Positions 52,769 to 62,894 of a stretch of DNA of 64,000 nt are shown here, piece by piece. The DNA is from an uncultured virus (IMG/VR IMGVR_UViG_3300031269_000004) (Duplodnaviria; Heunggongvirae; Uroviricota; Caudoviricetes): the IMG/VR virus record IMGVR_UViG_3300031269_000004. One strand, given 5' to 3'. Both the position numbers and the translations under genes were made by a program. The notes below the pieces were generated by a model. That model was not told the DNA's origin, did not search any database, and worked only from the letters and a program-made list of their open reading frames with translations. Position 1 is the stretch's first letter, and every line of letters starts with the position of its first letter.

Positions 52769-54394
52769 ATGACGACTGAGGGATTCTTAAATGAGGCTAA
52801 TAAAAAATGGATAGCTAAAGGTTATGAATATGACATGTCTAATTGGGTTAATTTAGACACTAAACTTAACATTAAATGTACGTTGCATGGCACAGAATTT
52901 CAACAAAAAGCATGGCAGCACTTAAAAAGGTCTGCTTGTAGAGGTTGCAGCCGTATGAAATGGACGACCGAACAGGTTGTTATACATTTTATCGAAACTC
53001 ATGGCTCACTATATGATTACAGCAAAGTGTTGTATCGTTCTGCTACAGATAAAGTTACTATAGTTTGCAATATTCATGGTGAATTTCAGCAAACCCACAA
53101 GAGACACAAAGAAGGCCAAGCATGTCCAATGTGCTCAGGTAGAGCTAAAAAGACTAGTCATATAGTACAGGAATTCATTAACGTGCATGGCAAAGGAAAG
53201 TTTGATTGGTCTGAAGTTAAGTATAAAGGACCTTTAGTGCCAGTTACTGTTATATGCAATGAACACGGGCCATTTTCAATAACACCAAGAACACACATAA
53301 CAGGGAAAAAACATTGCCCTAGCTGCTACAATAATCCACTTTTGGTAGAATTAGCAAGCACGCTAGAGTCTAGATGCAAACATGTACACGGAGAAAAGTA
53401 TGAATACGAAGATGCTGTTTACTTAGCAAGGTCGTCAAAAATAGTAATTGCTTGCCCTAAACATGGCAACTTTAGACAAAGAGTAGACAACCATCTTAGT
53501 GGCAAAGGTTGCCCAAAATGTGCTGCTACTTGTTCAAAACAAGAGCAAGAAGTCAGAGATTTTATTCATTCATTAGGTTTACGTTTTAAGGTAAACTGTA
53601 GACAAACAATAAGCCCTAAAGAAATAGACATTGTCATAGAAAGCCATAAACTTGCAATTGAATATAATGGTCTATATTGGCATAGCAAAAAAGGCAAAAA
53701 TTATCACGCTAATAAAACAGAAAGCTGTAAACTGGCTGGTTTTAGACTTATTCATATTTTTGAAGATGAATGGCTAGAAAAAAGGCAAATTGTTGAATCT
53801 AGAATACGTAATATTTTAGGTCTTAGCAAAAACAAAATAGGTGCTAGGCAGTGTACAATTAAACAAATAGGTGCTAAAGAATGTAATGTGTTTTTAGTCG
53901 ACAATCACATACAGGGTAGTGTAGGCTCTAAACATAGGCTTGGTCTTTTTTATAAAGAAACATTGGTTAGTGTTATGTCGTTTGGCAATCACCGATCTGT
54001 ATTAGGATCAAAGTCAAAAATTGGACAATATGAATTACTAAGGTTTGCAGTTCTTAAACATAGCATTGTGCATGGGGCAGCCAGTCGAATGTTTGCTCAT
54101 TTTTGTCAGGACAAAAGACCAGAACAAATTATTAGCTATGCAGACAAAAGATGGTCTATTGGTTCTTTATACGAAACTCTAGGTTTTACTTGGCAGCACG
54201 ATAGTAAACCTAATTATTTTTATGTTATTGGTCAACAAAGAAAACATAGGGCTCAATTCATGAAGCATAAATTAGTAAAAAGTGGTGCAGACCCAAACAT
54301 GACAGAAAAAGAAATAATGTTAAAGAAAGGCATAGATCGAGTGTATGATAGTGGACATAGCGTTTGGGTTAAGCAGTTTAGCAGCGTTGTCTAA
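52769..54394 (+). CDS. putative homing endonuclease (C..HG.F zinc-ribbon repeats + PD-(D/E)xK/Vsr-like nuclease)
   Basis: Four C..HG.F...H...C..C repeats; EIDI...LAIEYNGLYWH; IHIFEDEW; ISYADKRWS. Confidence 0.75.
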   Translation: MTTEGFLNEANKKWIAKGYEYDMSNWVNLDTKLNIKCTLHGTEFQQKAWQHLKRSACRGCSRMKWTTEQVVIHFIETHGSLYDYSKVLYRSATDKVTIVCNIHGEFQQTHKRHKEGQACPMCSGRAKKTSHIVQEFINVHGKGKFDWSEVKYKGPLVPVTVICNEHGPFSITPRTHITGKKHCPSCYNNPLLVELASTLESRCKHVHGEKYEYEDAVYLARSSKIVIACPKHGNFRQRVDNHLSGKGCPKCAATCSKQEQEVRDFIHSLGLRFKVNCRQTISPKEIDIVIESHKLAIEYNGLYWHSKKGKNYHANKTESCKLAGFRLIHIFEDEWLEKRQIVESRIRNILGLSKNKIGARQCTIKQIGAKECNVFLVDNHIQGSVGSKHRLGLFYKETLVSVMSFGNHRSVLGSKSKIGQYELLRFAVLKHSIVHGAASRMFAHFCQDKRPEQIISYADKRWSIGSLYETLGFTWQHDSKPNYFYVIGQQRKHRAQFMKHKLVKSGADPNMTEKEIMLKKGIDRVYDSGHSVWVKQFSSVV

Positions 54395-54462
54395 TCGACG
54401 ATAAACAACTTGGTAATTGTTATATTATATACATACTAAAACAAACAAACTAAAAATACAAA

Positions 54463-54957
54463 ATGATGAAAAAATTTTTATTACTTTTTATGCTTATGTT
54501 TACCTTTTCAGGTACACTAGCAATCGCAGCGGTTACAGACCCGCCAGTTGAAACCGTAGTGGTTGATACTGTAGCAGTTGATACTGTAGCAGTTGATACT
54601 GTAGCAGTTGATGAACCTGCAGTAACAGATGCTGGAGAATTAGTTACTAGCATTAGTGCAATATGGGCATTCTTTTTGCCATTTATTTTAGGCCAAGTGT
54701 TGATACTTCTTGCTGAAGCCAAAAAACATATTACGTCTAACAATGTTGATTGGGCAATATTCATACAAACTAACTTAAAACCATTTGGTGTTACACTTGG
54801 AGGCGCAATAGTAATTTATTTGTTACTGGCATGGCTACCCGTCTTGCAACCTCTATTAGAATCTGCAACTGGTGTTACGTTTACAATAATTTCTGCAACA
54901 ACCTTAGGAGCAGCCGCTACCGGTATCTACAAAGGTTTTACTGCGCAGACTAAATAA
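54463..54957 (+). CDS. membrane protein with signal-like N-terminus (holin-like candidate)
   Basis: Signal peptide, (VDTVA)3 repeat at 54562-54612, about three TMs; TATACATA upstream. Confidence 0.55.
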   Translation: MMKKFLLLFMLMFTFSGTLAIAAVTDPPVETVVVDTVAVDTVAVDTVAVDEPAVTDAGELVTSISAIWAFFLPFILGQVLILLAEAKKHITSNNVDWAIFIQTNLKPFGVTLGGAIVIYLLLAWLPVLQPLLESATGVTFTIISATTLGAAATGIYKGFTAQTK

Positions 54958-54984
54958 ACACTACAAGCTTAAATCTACGTTAAG

Positions 54985-55017
54985 AAAAACCCTGCTACTT
55001 AGTTAGCAGGGTTTTTT
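54985..55017 (+). terminator. intrinsic terminator
   Basis: AAAAACCCTGCTA..TAGCAGGGTTTTTT. Confidence 0.85.
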
Positions 55018-55072
55018 GTGCCCTTAACTCAACGGTCTTTTGACTGTTTGGCAAGGCAACATATTTCTTTTG

Positions 55073-55162
55073 AAAGTTTAACACTTTAAGTTGTCATGCC
55101 ATCACTAATTGTTATATATTTATATAACACCAAAAGATTTGGTTAATTGCATCAAAGATGCA
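55073..55162 (+). promoter_or_regulatory. promoter copy 8 plus two-hairpin leader
   Basis: Repeat then ACCAA..TTGGT TAAT TGCATC-AAA-GATGCA. Confidence 0.7.
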
Positions 55163-55180
55163 TAACATAAAACTAAAACA

Positions 55181-55384
55181 ATGTCAAACAGCAAAGGTCG
55201 TAGATTATTTCGTGAATACGCACAAAGTAAAGGTAAAGTGGCAAAGTCATTTGTTAACATCAGTAGTGAGTGCTATGAACAGGATACGTTAACAACTATG
55301 GACGACAGTGGCAAAAAGGAAGAAACAACGATATCATATAAGGATATGGTACACTTACTTATAGCCGGTAAACTAAAAATATAA
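55181..55384 (+). CDS. hypothetical early protein
   Basis: ORF after promoter. Confidence 0.6.
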   Translation: MSNSKGRRLFREYAQSKGKVAKSFVNISSECYEQDTLTTMDDSGKKEETTISYKDMVHLLIAGKLKI

Positions 55385-55414
55385 ACAAACTGGCACTATA
55401 GTTAACAACTCCTG

Positions 55415-55472
55415 AAAATTTAACACTTTAGGGTTCATTTTAACCACTAATTGTTATATATTTATATAACAA
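55415..55472 (+). promoter_or_regulatory. repeated putative early promoter, copy 9
   Basis: Same repeat, TTGTCA box altered. Confidence 0.7.
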
Positions 55473-55489
55473 CAAAACATAATACCAAC

Positions 55490-55762
55490 ATGAACATAGA
55501 AGATTCAATTTTAGAAATACTAGACACAGCTAAAGCCCTAACAGAAGCACAAAAACAAGAAATGGCAACGTCTATTTTAGGCATACAAGGCATAAAAATA
55601 CTATCGTATTTTGTTGCATGCCCTCATCCAAGCGGCTGGGAACAATTAAGTCCAGCAACAGAGTTTAGCATTGCAAAAAAGGCATACGCCGGTGTTAATC
55701 TAGACTTACACCAGTACCCATACATTTTAGCAAAATGTTCATTAGACATTACACAAGACTAA
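55490..55762 (+). CDS. hypothetical early protein
   Basis: ATG after promoter (MNIEDSIL...). Confidence 0.6.
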   Translation: MNIEDSILEILDTAKALTEAQKQEMATSILGIQGIKILSYFVACPHPSGWEQLSPATEFSIAKKAYAGVNLDLHQYPYILAKCSLDITQD

Positions 55763-55772
55763 AACAAACATT

Positions 55773-56336
55773 ATGAAAAATGCTTATCGATTTAATCAAG
55801 AAACACTACAATACGACAAGATACCACACTATGCAACGAGGCAATGCCTCTTTGTTGCCTTGTCTTGCACCTTGGTCTTACTGACAATTACTGCATTCGT
55901 GCCAAAAGAGGTTACAGATACCAGTCCTACAGGTATAGAATCCGAACTTATTGTTGTTAATGTAAAGCGTCAATTTAGTCCACTTGCACTTCGTTCTGAA
56001 TTACAGTCTCTTAATTTTAGACATGCTGATATTGTTTATGCACAATCTGTTCTTGAAACTGGCTCTTTTACGTCTACAATATTTAAGGAAAACAACAACC
56101 TGTTTGGCATGAAAGCTGCAGCATTAAGAACAACAACACATAAGGGTCTTAATCGAGGTCATGCAATATATGACTCTTGGTACGACAGTGTACTAGACTA
56201 TGCAATGTATCAATCAAAATACCTAAGCAGGTTAGATCGCAATGCCTACTTTGCCTACTTGGCACAAAACTACGCAGAAGACCCAAACTACGTTACTCAA
56301 CTAAAGGCAATCATAAATGGAACAAAAAATGACTAG
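55773..56336 (+). CDS. membrane-anchored GH73 glucosaminidase-like peptidoglycan hydrolase
   Basis: TM; AQSVLETG, NNLFGMK, YAEDPNY. Confidence 0.8.
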   Translation: MKNAYRFNQETLQYDKIPHYATRQCLFVALSCTLVLLTITAFVPKEVTDTSPTGIESELIVVNVKRQFSPLALRSELQSLNFRHADIVYAQSVLETGSFTSTIFKENNNLFGMKAAALRTTTHKGLNRGHAIYDSWYDSVLDYAMYQSKYLSRLDRNAYFAYLAQNYAEDPNYVTQLKAIINGTKND

Positions 56337-56420
56337 TTTAGAAAATGAAACAAAAACAGCAACCGCTGACGGTACAATTACAGCTAACAGCATAAGTTAT
56401 ACATATAAAAAGACAACATA

Positions 56421-57281
56421 ATGATAAAATTATCTGATGCAGTACCCGTCATAGCTGAAACAAAAACAGTTACTATTGTTGGTGACATTATGCAACATGA
56501 GAAGCAACTTGCAGCAATAGCGGCATTGCCTAGTATGTATTATGATACATTTATTGAGATTGCACATCACCTTTTAGAGTCAGAATGGTCCATTGGTAAT
56601 TTAGAAACAACAGTCTCTGAAAACTTTAAACTGTCTGGCTTTCCAAAGTTTAATAGTCCAGTCAAGCTTCTCTTGGCTCTTGAAATGCATGGCTTTAATG
56701 TTATGTCACTGGCCAATAATCATACTTTTGATATGGGCAAACTGGGGCTTGATGATACACGAGACAACTGTATAAAGTCTGGCATTGTACCAATTGGTCA
56801 CCTAGGAAAAAGAACACTGTTGCTTGAAGGCACAGATGTTTGCATACATACTGCAACAACACTTTCAAATAACATGAATGGTTCTCACTTATTAGAATGG
56901 TTAGAACCTGCACTTTTTACACCAGTACCCGGCAAGTATAATATTGCATACATACATGGCGGTCGTGAGTATCGTAAAGACCCAACACTAACCCAAAGAG
57001 GTCAAACTGCGGCCTTATGGTCAATGGGTATTGACATGGTTGTTTACACACATTCACACATGGTAGGTCAAATTGAACAGGTTGGTGACAATATTGCAGT
57101 ATGGGGTATGGGTAACTTTTTATCTGACCAAGAAAAGCTAGACCGCCAACAGGGCAGAATGCTTAAACTTGCATTTACTGGTAACAAGCTACGAGGTATT
57201 AATGATATTAGAACAGAAACAGTGTGGGCAGGCTATTCAAATATCATAACCGAAACTGGCTCAGAATACATTAAGGTGTAG
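56421..57281 (+). CDS. CapA/PGA_cap-family metallophosphatase
   Basis: VGDIMQH, GNLET, SLANNHTFDMG, HGGREY, HSH, GMGNFLSDQ. Confidence 0.82.
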   Translation: MIKLSDAVPVIAETKTVTIVGDIMQHEKQLAAIAALPSMYYDTFIEIAHHLLESEWSIGNLETTVSENFKLSGFPKFNSPVKLLLALEMHGFNVMSLANNHTFDMGKLGLDDTRDNCIKSGIVPIGHLGKRTLLLEGTDVCIHTATTLSNNMNGSHLLEWLEPALFTPVPGKYNIAYIHGGREYRKDPTLTQRGQTAALWSMGIDMVVYTHSHMVGQIEQVGDNIAVWGMGNFLSDQEKLDRQQGRMLKLAFTGNKLRGINDIRTETVWAGYSNIITETGSEYIKV

Positions 57282-57340
57282 CAGGTCAATATTTAATACT
57301 AATTAACACAATTGTATACATAAACAAAATACTAATAATT

Positions 57341-57478
57341 ATGGACGTAATACACAAAAATTGGGGTCAAGGCTCTATTATCAACAAGGCAGAGGCTACA
57401 TCAACAGTAAAGTTTTATGGAGATGGCGTAACTAGAGAGGTTAACACATCTGAACTACAACAAGTCATTAACGGCTAA
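57341..57478 (+). CDS. 45-aa SH3/Tudor-like peptide (absent from ORF track)
   Basis: MDVIHKNWGQGSII...VKFYGDGVTREV; TATACATA upstream. Confidence 0.5.
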   Translation: MDVIHKNWGQGSIINKAEATSTVKFYGDGVTREVNTSELQQVING

Positions 57479-57489
57479 TAAAATAAAAC

Positions 57490-58089
57490 ATGAAATCACT
57501 AACAAGTACGATTGCTGAATCTTTTTCTGTGACTGGATTAACAAAAACTTCAGTTAAGTTAGTACCTATTTTTCTAAAAGCTTCAGGTGAGACATTAACC
57601 GATAGCAATGTTTATCATTGTTACTCTGTTACTAATAACTCTATATCGAGTATTACTTGGAAATCTGATGATAATATTATAGTAGACACGCAGTTATATT
57701 CTAACAGACCGGGTTTTCGTGGTAAACTTACAGTAGAACAGGTTAACAAACTTGGCCTTATACCAATCCGCGACCCTGATATTCGTAACATAAAAAATGT
57801 TGCTAAGTCATTACGGTCCGATGACGATATTGCCTTATTATTATCGTGCTTTGATGCACTAGAGTTAGGTGCCGCATATGAAGTAACAACCAAAGAAGCT
57901 AGGTCAGGTAAGAGTACAGCCAGCTTTCAATTACGAGACGGTTCAACGTGCATTGTTAGCCTATATATTTCTAGTAATAAAGTTGGTGTGACTACGTCAG
58001 CCAAAACCAAGCAATATAAATATGAAGGCAATTTCGAAACGTTTTTAGAAATTGCAACTCATTACTTTTTGCTGTTTATGAAAGACTAA
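57490..58089 (+). CDS. putative internal head protein
   Basis: MKSLTSTIAESF. Confidence 0.6.
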   Translation: MKSLTSTIAESFSVTGLTKTSVKLVPIFLKASGETLTDSNVYHCYSVTNNSISSITWKSDDNIIVDTQLYSNRPGFRGKLTVEQVNKLGLIPIRDPDIRNIKNVAKSLRSDDDIALLLSCFDALELGAAYEVTTKEARSGKSTASFQLRDGSTCIVSLYISSNKVGVTTSAKTKQYKYEGNFETFLEIATHYFLLFMKD

Positions 58090-58109
58090 CAAACTAACAA
58101 ACAAAAAAC

Positions 58110-58613
58110 ATGCCTAACAAAATCAAAAACCTCAAGCCGCAAATGGGTAAGAAGTCGAGATTTAAGCAAGGCTATTTTGATGTTACAAAGTCACTTAAGT
58201 ATCAAAATCCAACAGAACCCTGCATATATCGAAGCTCATACGAGTTTAAGTTTATGCACTGGTGTGAAGTGTCTGACATTGTAGCTAGATGGTCATCAGA
58301 ACCATTTAGCATTAAGTATCTTTGTCTAAATACAGGAAAGCAGCGCAATTATTACATTGATTTTACTGTCACGACAACTAAGCCAGAAGTTTGGCTAATT
58401 GAAGTTAAACCTGTACACGAAGTGACAGAGGCTGAACGTTTTGGTAACAAATGGCAAAGGTTACAAAACCTAAAAGAAAAAAGACGTTTTGCTGATGCCA
58501 ATAAACGAGCGGCTAAAAATTGGTCAAAGTGGCAGCATGCGCAAAAAGTTTGTAATGATAGAGGGTGGCGATTTATTATTGTAACAGAAAAGTTTTTAAA
58601 CAAACCAAAGTAG
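58110..58613 (+). CDS. head completion nuclease (T4 gp4-like, TnsA-type)
   Basis: FKQGYF, KY, YRSSYE..FM.WC, WSSEP, YYIDF, IEVKP, F.IVTEK. Confidence 0.88.
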   Translation: MPNKIKNLKPQMGKKSRFKQGYFDVTKSLKYQNPTEPCIYRSSYEFKFMHWCEVSDIVARWSSEPFSIKYLCLNTGKQRNYYIDFTVTTTKPEVWLIEVKPVHEVTEAERFGNKWQRLQNLKEKRRFADANKRAAKNWSKWQHAQKVCNDRGWRFIIVTEKFLNKPK

Positions 58614-58621
58614 GTATACAT

Positions 58622-58948
58622 ATAAAAAATAAACTGAACTATGAAGTCATTAAGTACACACATCACGGAAAGTATGAACCCTAAGGCGCCAGATCGCGTT
58701 ATTAAAATTGCCCGTGCTGTAGGTGCTAAACCAGTATGGGATCAAAACCTTAAACTTTGGGACGTATCAACTGAAGATAAACAAGTATCATTTTTAACAG
58801 TAGACTTAGGTTTTGGCGATCCAGGTTGGCAAGTATTCACTTACGATGGTGACGAGTTATATACAGGCGACGATGACGACAAGGCACTAAAGACAATTAA
58901 TAAAAAATAAACTGAACTATGAAATCATTAAGTACACACATCACGGAA
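58622..58948 (+). repeat. 49-bp direct repeat (58622-58670, 58900-58948): initiation region + leader codons
   Basis: One mismatch. Confidence 0.9.
58641..58910 (+). CDS. putative internal head protein
   Basis: MKSLSTHITES. Confidence 0.65.
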   Translation: MKSLSTHITESMNPKAPDRVIKIARAVGAKPVWDQNLKLWDVSTEDKQVSFLTVDLGFGDPGWQVFTYDGDELYTGDDDDKALKTINKK

Positions 58949-59302
58949 TCTTTTGTAAATGAAGGCAAAAAGACCAAAGAAGAAATTGAAGAAATGCGTG
59001 AAAATTTAGTAGCAAAAATTAAGTCAGGGCTGCTAAAGTTTTACAAAGAGGCCAGCATAGGGTCAATCTCAGTATTTCCGCTAGAGATCAAAATATTCTT
59101 AAACGAAAAGCCAAATAACTATAGAGTAGTTGGCACAATGAAAGAAATCAGAGATGGTTTTGAGGTATTGCTAGTCGAACGAGTTAAATCAACTAGTCGT
59201 AATAAATTGCTCATGGCTAAAAAATACGAGACTAAATTTGACGAAGTAATGAAGCCGTTGCTAGATGATTATGCTCAACTAAATATGACTAAATATCAAT
59301 AA
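58919..59302 (+). CDS. putative internal head protein
   Basis: MKSLSTHITESFVNE. Confidence 0.65.
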   Translation: MKSLSTHITESFVNEGKKTKEEIEEMRENLVAKIKSGLLKFYKEASIGSISVFPLEIKIFLNEKPNNYRVVGTMKEIRDGFEVLLVERVKSTSRNKLLMAKKYETKFDEVMKPLLDDYAQLNMTKYQ

Positions 59303-59332
59303 AGTCCAACACTAACTGATAAATAATTAACT

Positions 59333-60133
59333 ATGCCAGCACTAACAGCAGACAATAGCAATAATCCTAAATATCAACAGTTAACGTTTGAAGATGTAGC
59401 TTTCCTAGACTTGATTTCTTCAAGAATTACAGGTTCAGGCGCACTACCTTTTGAGTTGCCAGCTGATGCATTTTTTGCTATTGTTGTTAGATCACTAAAA
59501 TGGTTTTGGTATTGGTACCCTGACGCAACACAAGATCAAATACTGTTCATACCTAAACAGTCAATAGTTGATGCACCACAGTCAGGTGGCAACATTGACC
59601 TATTGCTACCTAACGGCATAGAAGGCATACTTGACTGGAAAGCTGCAAACGGTAGTGGTTTAGGTTACAGAATGGATGAAGCACTAAAAATTGGATTACT
59701 TAATACGTACGGTAGTGGCGGTGGTGGTCGTGGTTCAGGTTACGGTAGCAGTGCACATAATGTTAGTAATGCTGTAATTCAAATGTATGAAATTGCACAA
59801 TACAAAGAAACATTCACTAGAGGTATACGTGCAACGTTTAACAAAAACACTAGAATATTTAGACTAATGACTTCTATACCAGACGGTTTAGCGTTAGAAG
59901 CTGCAACAAGACTACACCCTGCACAATTGTATGGTGACTATATGTTTGAAGACTATGTTACTGCTGCAGTAGAAGAGCAACTAGGTCGAATTATGACAAC
60001 ATTTAACTTTAAAATGCCCGGCGGTGTACAGTTAAACTATGACCAAATAGCATCAAACGGTCGTGATCGCAAAAGAGAGCTAGAGGACGAAATTAAGAAA
60101 ATGAGTACATACGCAGGTATGCAATCAAAATAA
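59333..60133 (+). CDS. neck protein (T4 gp13-like)
   Basis: DYVTA..EEQLGRIMTTFNFKMPGGVQLNYD. Confidence 0.75.
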   Translation: MPALTADNSNNPKYQQLTFEDVAFLDLISSRITGSGALPFELPADAFFAIVVRSLKWFWYWYPDATQDQILFIPKQSIVDAPQSGGNIDLLLPNGIEGILDWKAANGSGLGYRMDEALKIGLLNTYGSGGGGRGSGYGSSAHNVSNAVIQMYEIAQYKETFTRGIRATFNKNTRIFRLMTSIPDGLALEAATRLHPAQLYGDYMFEDYVTAAVEEQLGRIMTTFNFKMPGGVQLNYDQIASNGRDRKRELEDEIKKMSTYAGMQSK

Positions 60134-60152
60134 AAAAAAAAAAAAAAAAGAC

Positions 60153-60476
60153 ATGAAACCTTTACAAGAATTAGTCTTTGAATCATTAGCAAACGAAGAC
60201 AAAAAAGAAGACAAGTCAACGTCAAGAAAGCCATTAGACAGTGAACAAACAAACAAAGGTCTAGACAAAAAAGCTAAAGAGTCTGGTATGCCAATTGGTA
60301 TACTTCGTGCAGTAATGCGTAGAGGTATGGGTGCATGGAACACTAGTCATCATGCTGGAATGTCACAAGAAGGCTGGGGTTTTGCTAGAGTTAATGCATT
60401 CATTAAAAAAGGCAAAGGTACATGGGGTGGAGCAGACTCAGATTTGGCTAAAGAAGTTAGAAAGGGCAATAAATAA
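60153..60476 (+). CDS. small viral protein with CTS-like leader
   Basis: MKPLQELVFES; KAKESG...RRGMGAW...WGFARVNAF. Confidence 0.65.
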   Translation: MKPLQELVFESLANEDKKEDKSTSRKPLDSEQTNKGLDKKAKESGMPIGILRAVMRRGMGAWNTSHHAGMSQEGWGFARVNAFIKKGKGTWGGADSDLAKEVRKGNK

Positions 60477-60496
60477 ATAAACAAACAAACAAAACT

Positions 60497-60856
60497 ATGA
60501 GGTCATTAAGCAATCACATTACGGAATCATTTGTAAACGAAGGATTAGATTCGCCAATTCTACCAATCGGTAAAATGAATCTAAAAACTGGTAAGTCGAA
60601 ATACTTTAACGTCTATGACGAGTGGAAAGAAGACTCAACTTATGAAATCTACGAACTAAATAATGGTTCAATTAGAGTAGTTATTACGTCTGGTACTAAA
60701 CCAATTGCTAAACCAGATGAAATTCGATCATTTAAGCACGACCAAAACGGTAGACCTCTATTTTTTGGTAAAATGGTTGACTTTGCGGTTGGCTCGCAAA
60801 TGAAAAATAAAGCTGCTAAATACGGCAACAGTATTAGTGCCTATGTTTACAAATAG
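60497..60856 (+). CDS. putative internal head protein
   Basis: MRSLSNHITESFVNE. Confidence 0.65.
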   Translation: MRSLSNHITESFVNEGLDSPILPIGKMNLKTGKSKYFNVYDEWKEDSTYEIYELNNGSIRVVITSGTKPIAKPDEIRSFKHDQNGRPLFFGKMVDFAVGSQMKNKAAKYGNSISAYVYK

Positions 60857-60881
60857 TAGACTTTTTAGACCATTATATTAA

Positions 60882-60912
60882 AATCCGGCTAGATTTCTAG
60901 CCGGATTGTTTT
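60882..60912 (+). terminator. intrinsic terminator
   Basis: AATCCGGCTAGA..TCTAGCCGGATT then T-rich. Confidence 0.75.
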
Positions 60913-60934
60913 ATTTATACATAACAACTTATAC

Positions 60935-61552
60935 ATGGCACTAGAATTATTAATTATCGATGGTACTGATCGTACTGGTAAGACCACAACAATAAACAGC
61001 GTAAAGTCAGAATTAACTAGGCAAGGTATTGACTGGATTGACTTCCATAACAAAGACCTTACATATCCTAAGTTTACAGATATTATGCATCCTCGGGAAA
61101 ACGAGAACTTTTACATGAAGCAATTGGAATACTTAGCAATACAGGCTAGAACTATTAAGCAAATGTGGCTGAGGTTAGGAAATACCGAAAGGCGCACTAT
61201 AGTCATAGCAGACAGAATGCATTACGCTTTTGCTGTTTATAACATAGTCAACAGGCCAGCGCTAACTAAGCGTTACTTTAACAAGGTCAACATGTATCAG
61301 TCTGTTTACGAATTTGAGTACTATTTACTGTCAATATTTGACTCAGTAAATCAATTTGTTTTCGTAGCAGGTGAAGACTTTAAATTTAACGATGACCTTA
61401 ATCACTTTATGTACAAAATGAAGTCTAGTAAATTACGAGAAGTAAACGAACACTTTAAGTCTTTTTTAGAAACAGAAACAAAAATGAGAATATACAAGCT
61501 TGAAGTAGACACTGCAACTGACAACTCGGGCGAAATTATAAAATGCATATAA
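60935..61552 (+). CDS. thymidylate/dNMP kinase-like protein
   Basis: IIDGTDRTGKTT, IADR, VY. Confidence 0.75.
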   Translation: MALELLIIDGTDRTGKTTTINSVKSELTRQGIDWIDFHNKDLTYPKFTDIMHPRENENFYMKQLEYLAIQARTIKQMWLRLGNTERRTIVIADRMHYAFAVYNIVNRPALTKRYFNKVNMYQSVYEFEYYLLSIFDSVNQFVFVAGEDFKFNDDLNHFMYKMKSSKLREVNEHFKSFLETETKMRIYKLEVDTATDNSGEIIKCI

Positions 61553-61553
61553 T

Positions 61554-62684
61554 ATGAACTTAATTTTTATTGCGTCACCAAACCAAAACTATTTAGAACT
61601 AATAGAAGAAACACTCTTGTCTTTGTTCACTGAAACAAAAGAAAAGTTTATAATATTTGATGGCGTCAGAAGTGAAGCATCGTCAAAAATAGCAAGAGGC
61701 TTGGCGAATACGTATAGCAATAGCATACATGAAACTGTATTCTCAAGTACAGGTGAACTGTATGACACAGTACCATTAATTGATCGTGTTTTCGTTGTCG
61801 GTATGCCTATGTTTAGTGATGTTGGTCAAAAACTGGCAAAGTTAATACATAGTAACTGGCATAATAGCAAGTATGATCGTGTCATAGATGGCGTTGACAT
61901 ACCACATGTTTTTATTGATCCAGCATTTCGTTTATATGCCGTGCTTGGCTTATATAGTCAACCTGACTTGTTCCATTTTGTGATAGACCCAAAAGAAATT
62001 AAGTTTATCTACGAAGGCAATACTCGTCAATTTTATTATGACAAAATGGAAGACTCTGACTATGAGTACTTACCATTACAATTTTACATGTACAGTCAAG
62101 GTCAGGTCAACCCAAGGCTAAAGCTAGCAGATTTCACTCTAGGTATTAGTTCATTTAAGGACAAAACTAGAGACACTATCATTGAGACTGTTAAAGAAAT
62201 ACAGAGCGCTGGCGACATAACAGTTAACCTTAGATACTCAATGTATGATGCCATTACCGGTGTAAAAACAAAAAGCACAATCGTAAGCAGGAATGAGTAC
62301 TTGCTAGAGGTTTTGGAATCTAAAATCACGCTAGTTGTGCCATCTTATCACATAGATACTTTTAGTATGCTTAGGTTTGTTGAATCTGTAATGCATGATT
62401 GTTTACCTTTAGTTCATCAACATGCAATGTGGACACTAATACCTGACATAGAAGTTATGGCTATCGTAGCAAATAACTTACTAGTTGACAATAACAATTT
62501 AGAACAAAAGTTGCATGAAATGTTAGACCAAGACAAGTGGCGCGAGGTACTTGACCGTTTGCAGGCAACAAAAATGTTTCAAGACATTATTGACCAGCGT
62601 TGGTATACACCAATGATTGCACAATTGGCCTTGACGAAAAGGTCAGCTAACAATTTTGGCACTAATGGTTTAATTAAACTATAA
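61554..62684 (+). CDS. GT-B-like glycosyltransferase candidate
   Basis: SKITLVVPSY...SMLRFVESV...CLPLV C-terminal GT-B pattern. Confidence 0.5.
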   Translation: MNLIFIASPNQNYLELIEETLLSLFTETKEKFIIFDGVRSEASSKIARGLANTYSNSIHETVFSSTGELYDTVPLIDRVFVVGMPMFSDVGQKLAKLIHSNWHNSKYDRVIDGVDIPHVFIDPAFRLYAVLGLYSQPDLFHFVIDPKEIKFIYEGNTRQFYYDKMEDSDYEYLPLQFYMYSQGQVNPRLKLADFTLGISSFKDKTRDTIIETVKEIQSAGDITVNLRYSMYDAITGVKTKSTIVSRNEYLLEVLESKITLVVPSYHIDTFSMLRFVESVMHDCLPLVHQHAMWTLIPDIEVMAIVANNLLVDNNNLEQKLHEMLDQDKWREVLDRLQATKMFQDIIDQRWYTPMIAQLALTKRSANNFGTNGLIKL

Positions 62685-62756
62685 AACAGTTATTTTTTAT
62701 TTTCTCTGTCAAAAAGAAAATGAATGGTGGAGTTAGGAATCAATAAATCAGTTCCC

Positions 62757-62861
62757 GACCTTATTAATCTTAGGATTAAGTTTTCTTTGCAATCGAAATA
62801 GGTTAAGATTGGCTAGTTGCTACAAGTAGCTAGATGAGGTTCGACTCCTCACTAAGGATCA
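62757..62861 (+). ncRNA. atypical tRNA-like element
   Basis: TGAGG-TTCGACT-CCTCA T-arm, preceding 8-bp arm, imperfect acceptor pairing; no canonical anticodon arm. Confidence 0.4.
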
Positions 62862-62894
62862 TTTTTACCGCATTGGTAAATACAAAATTGCATA

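Noticed and set aside
58110..58613. TnsA transposon endonuclease
   Set aside because: No TnsB/C or transposon ends; motif and context fit gp4 head completion protein
60132..60149. A18 homopolymer as phase-variation switch
   Set aside because: Essentially intergenic, no frame effect; could be a sequencing artefact
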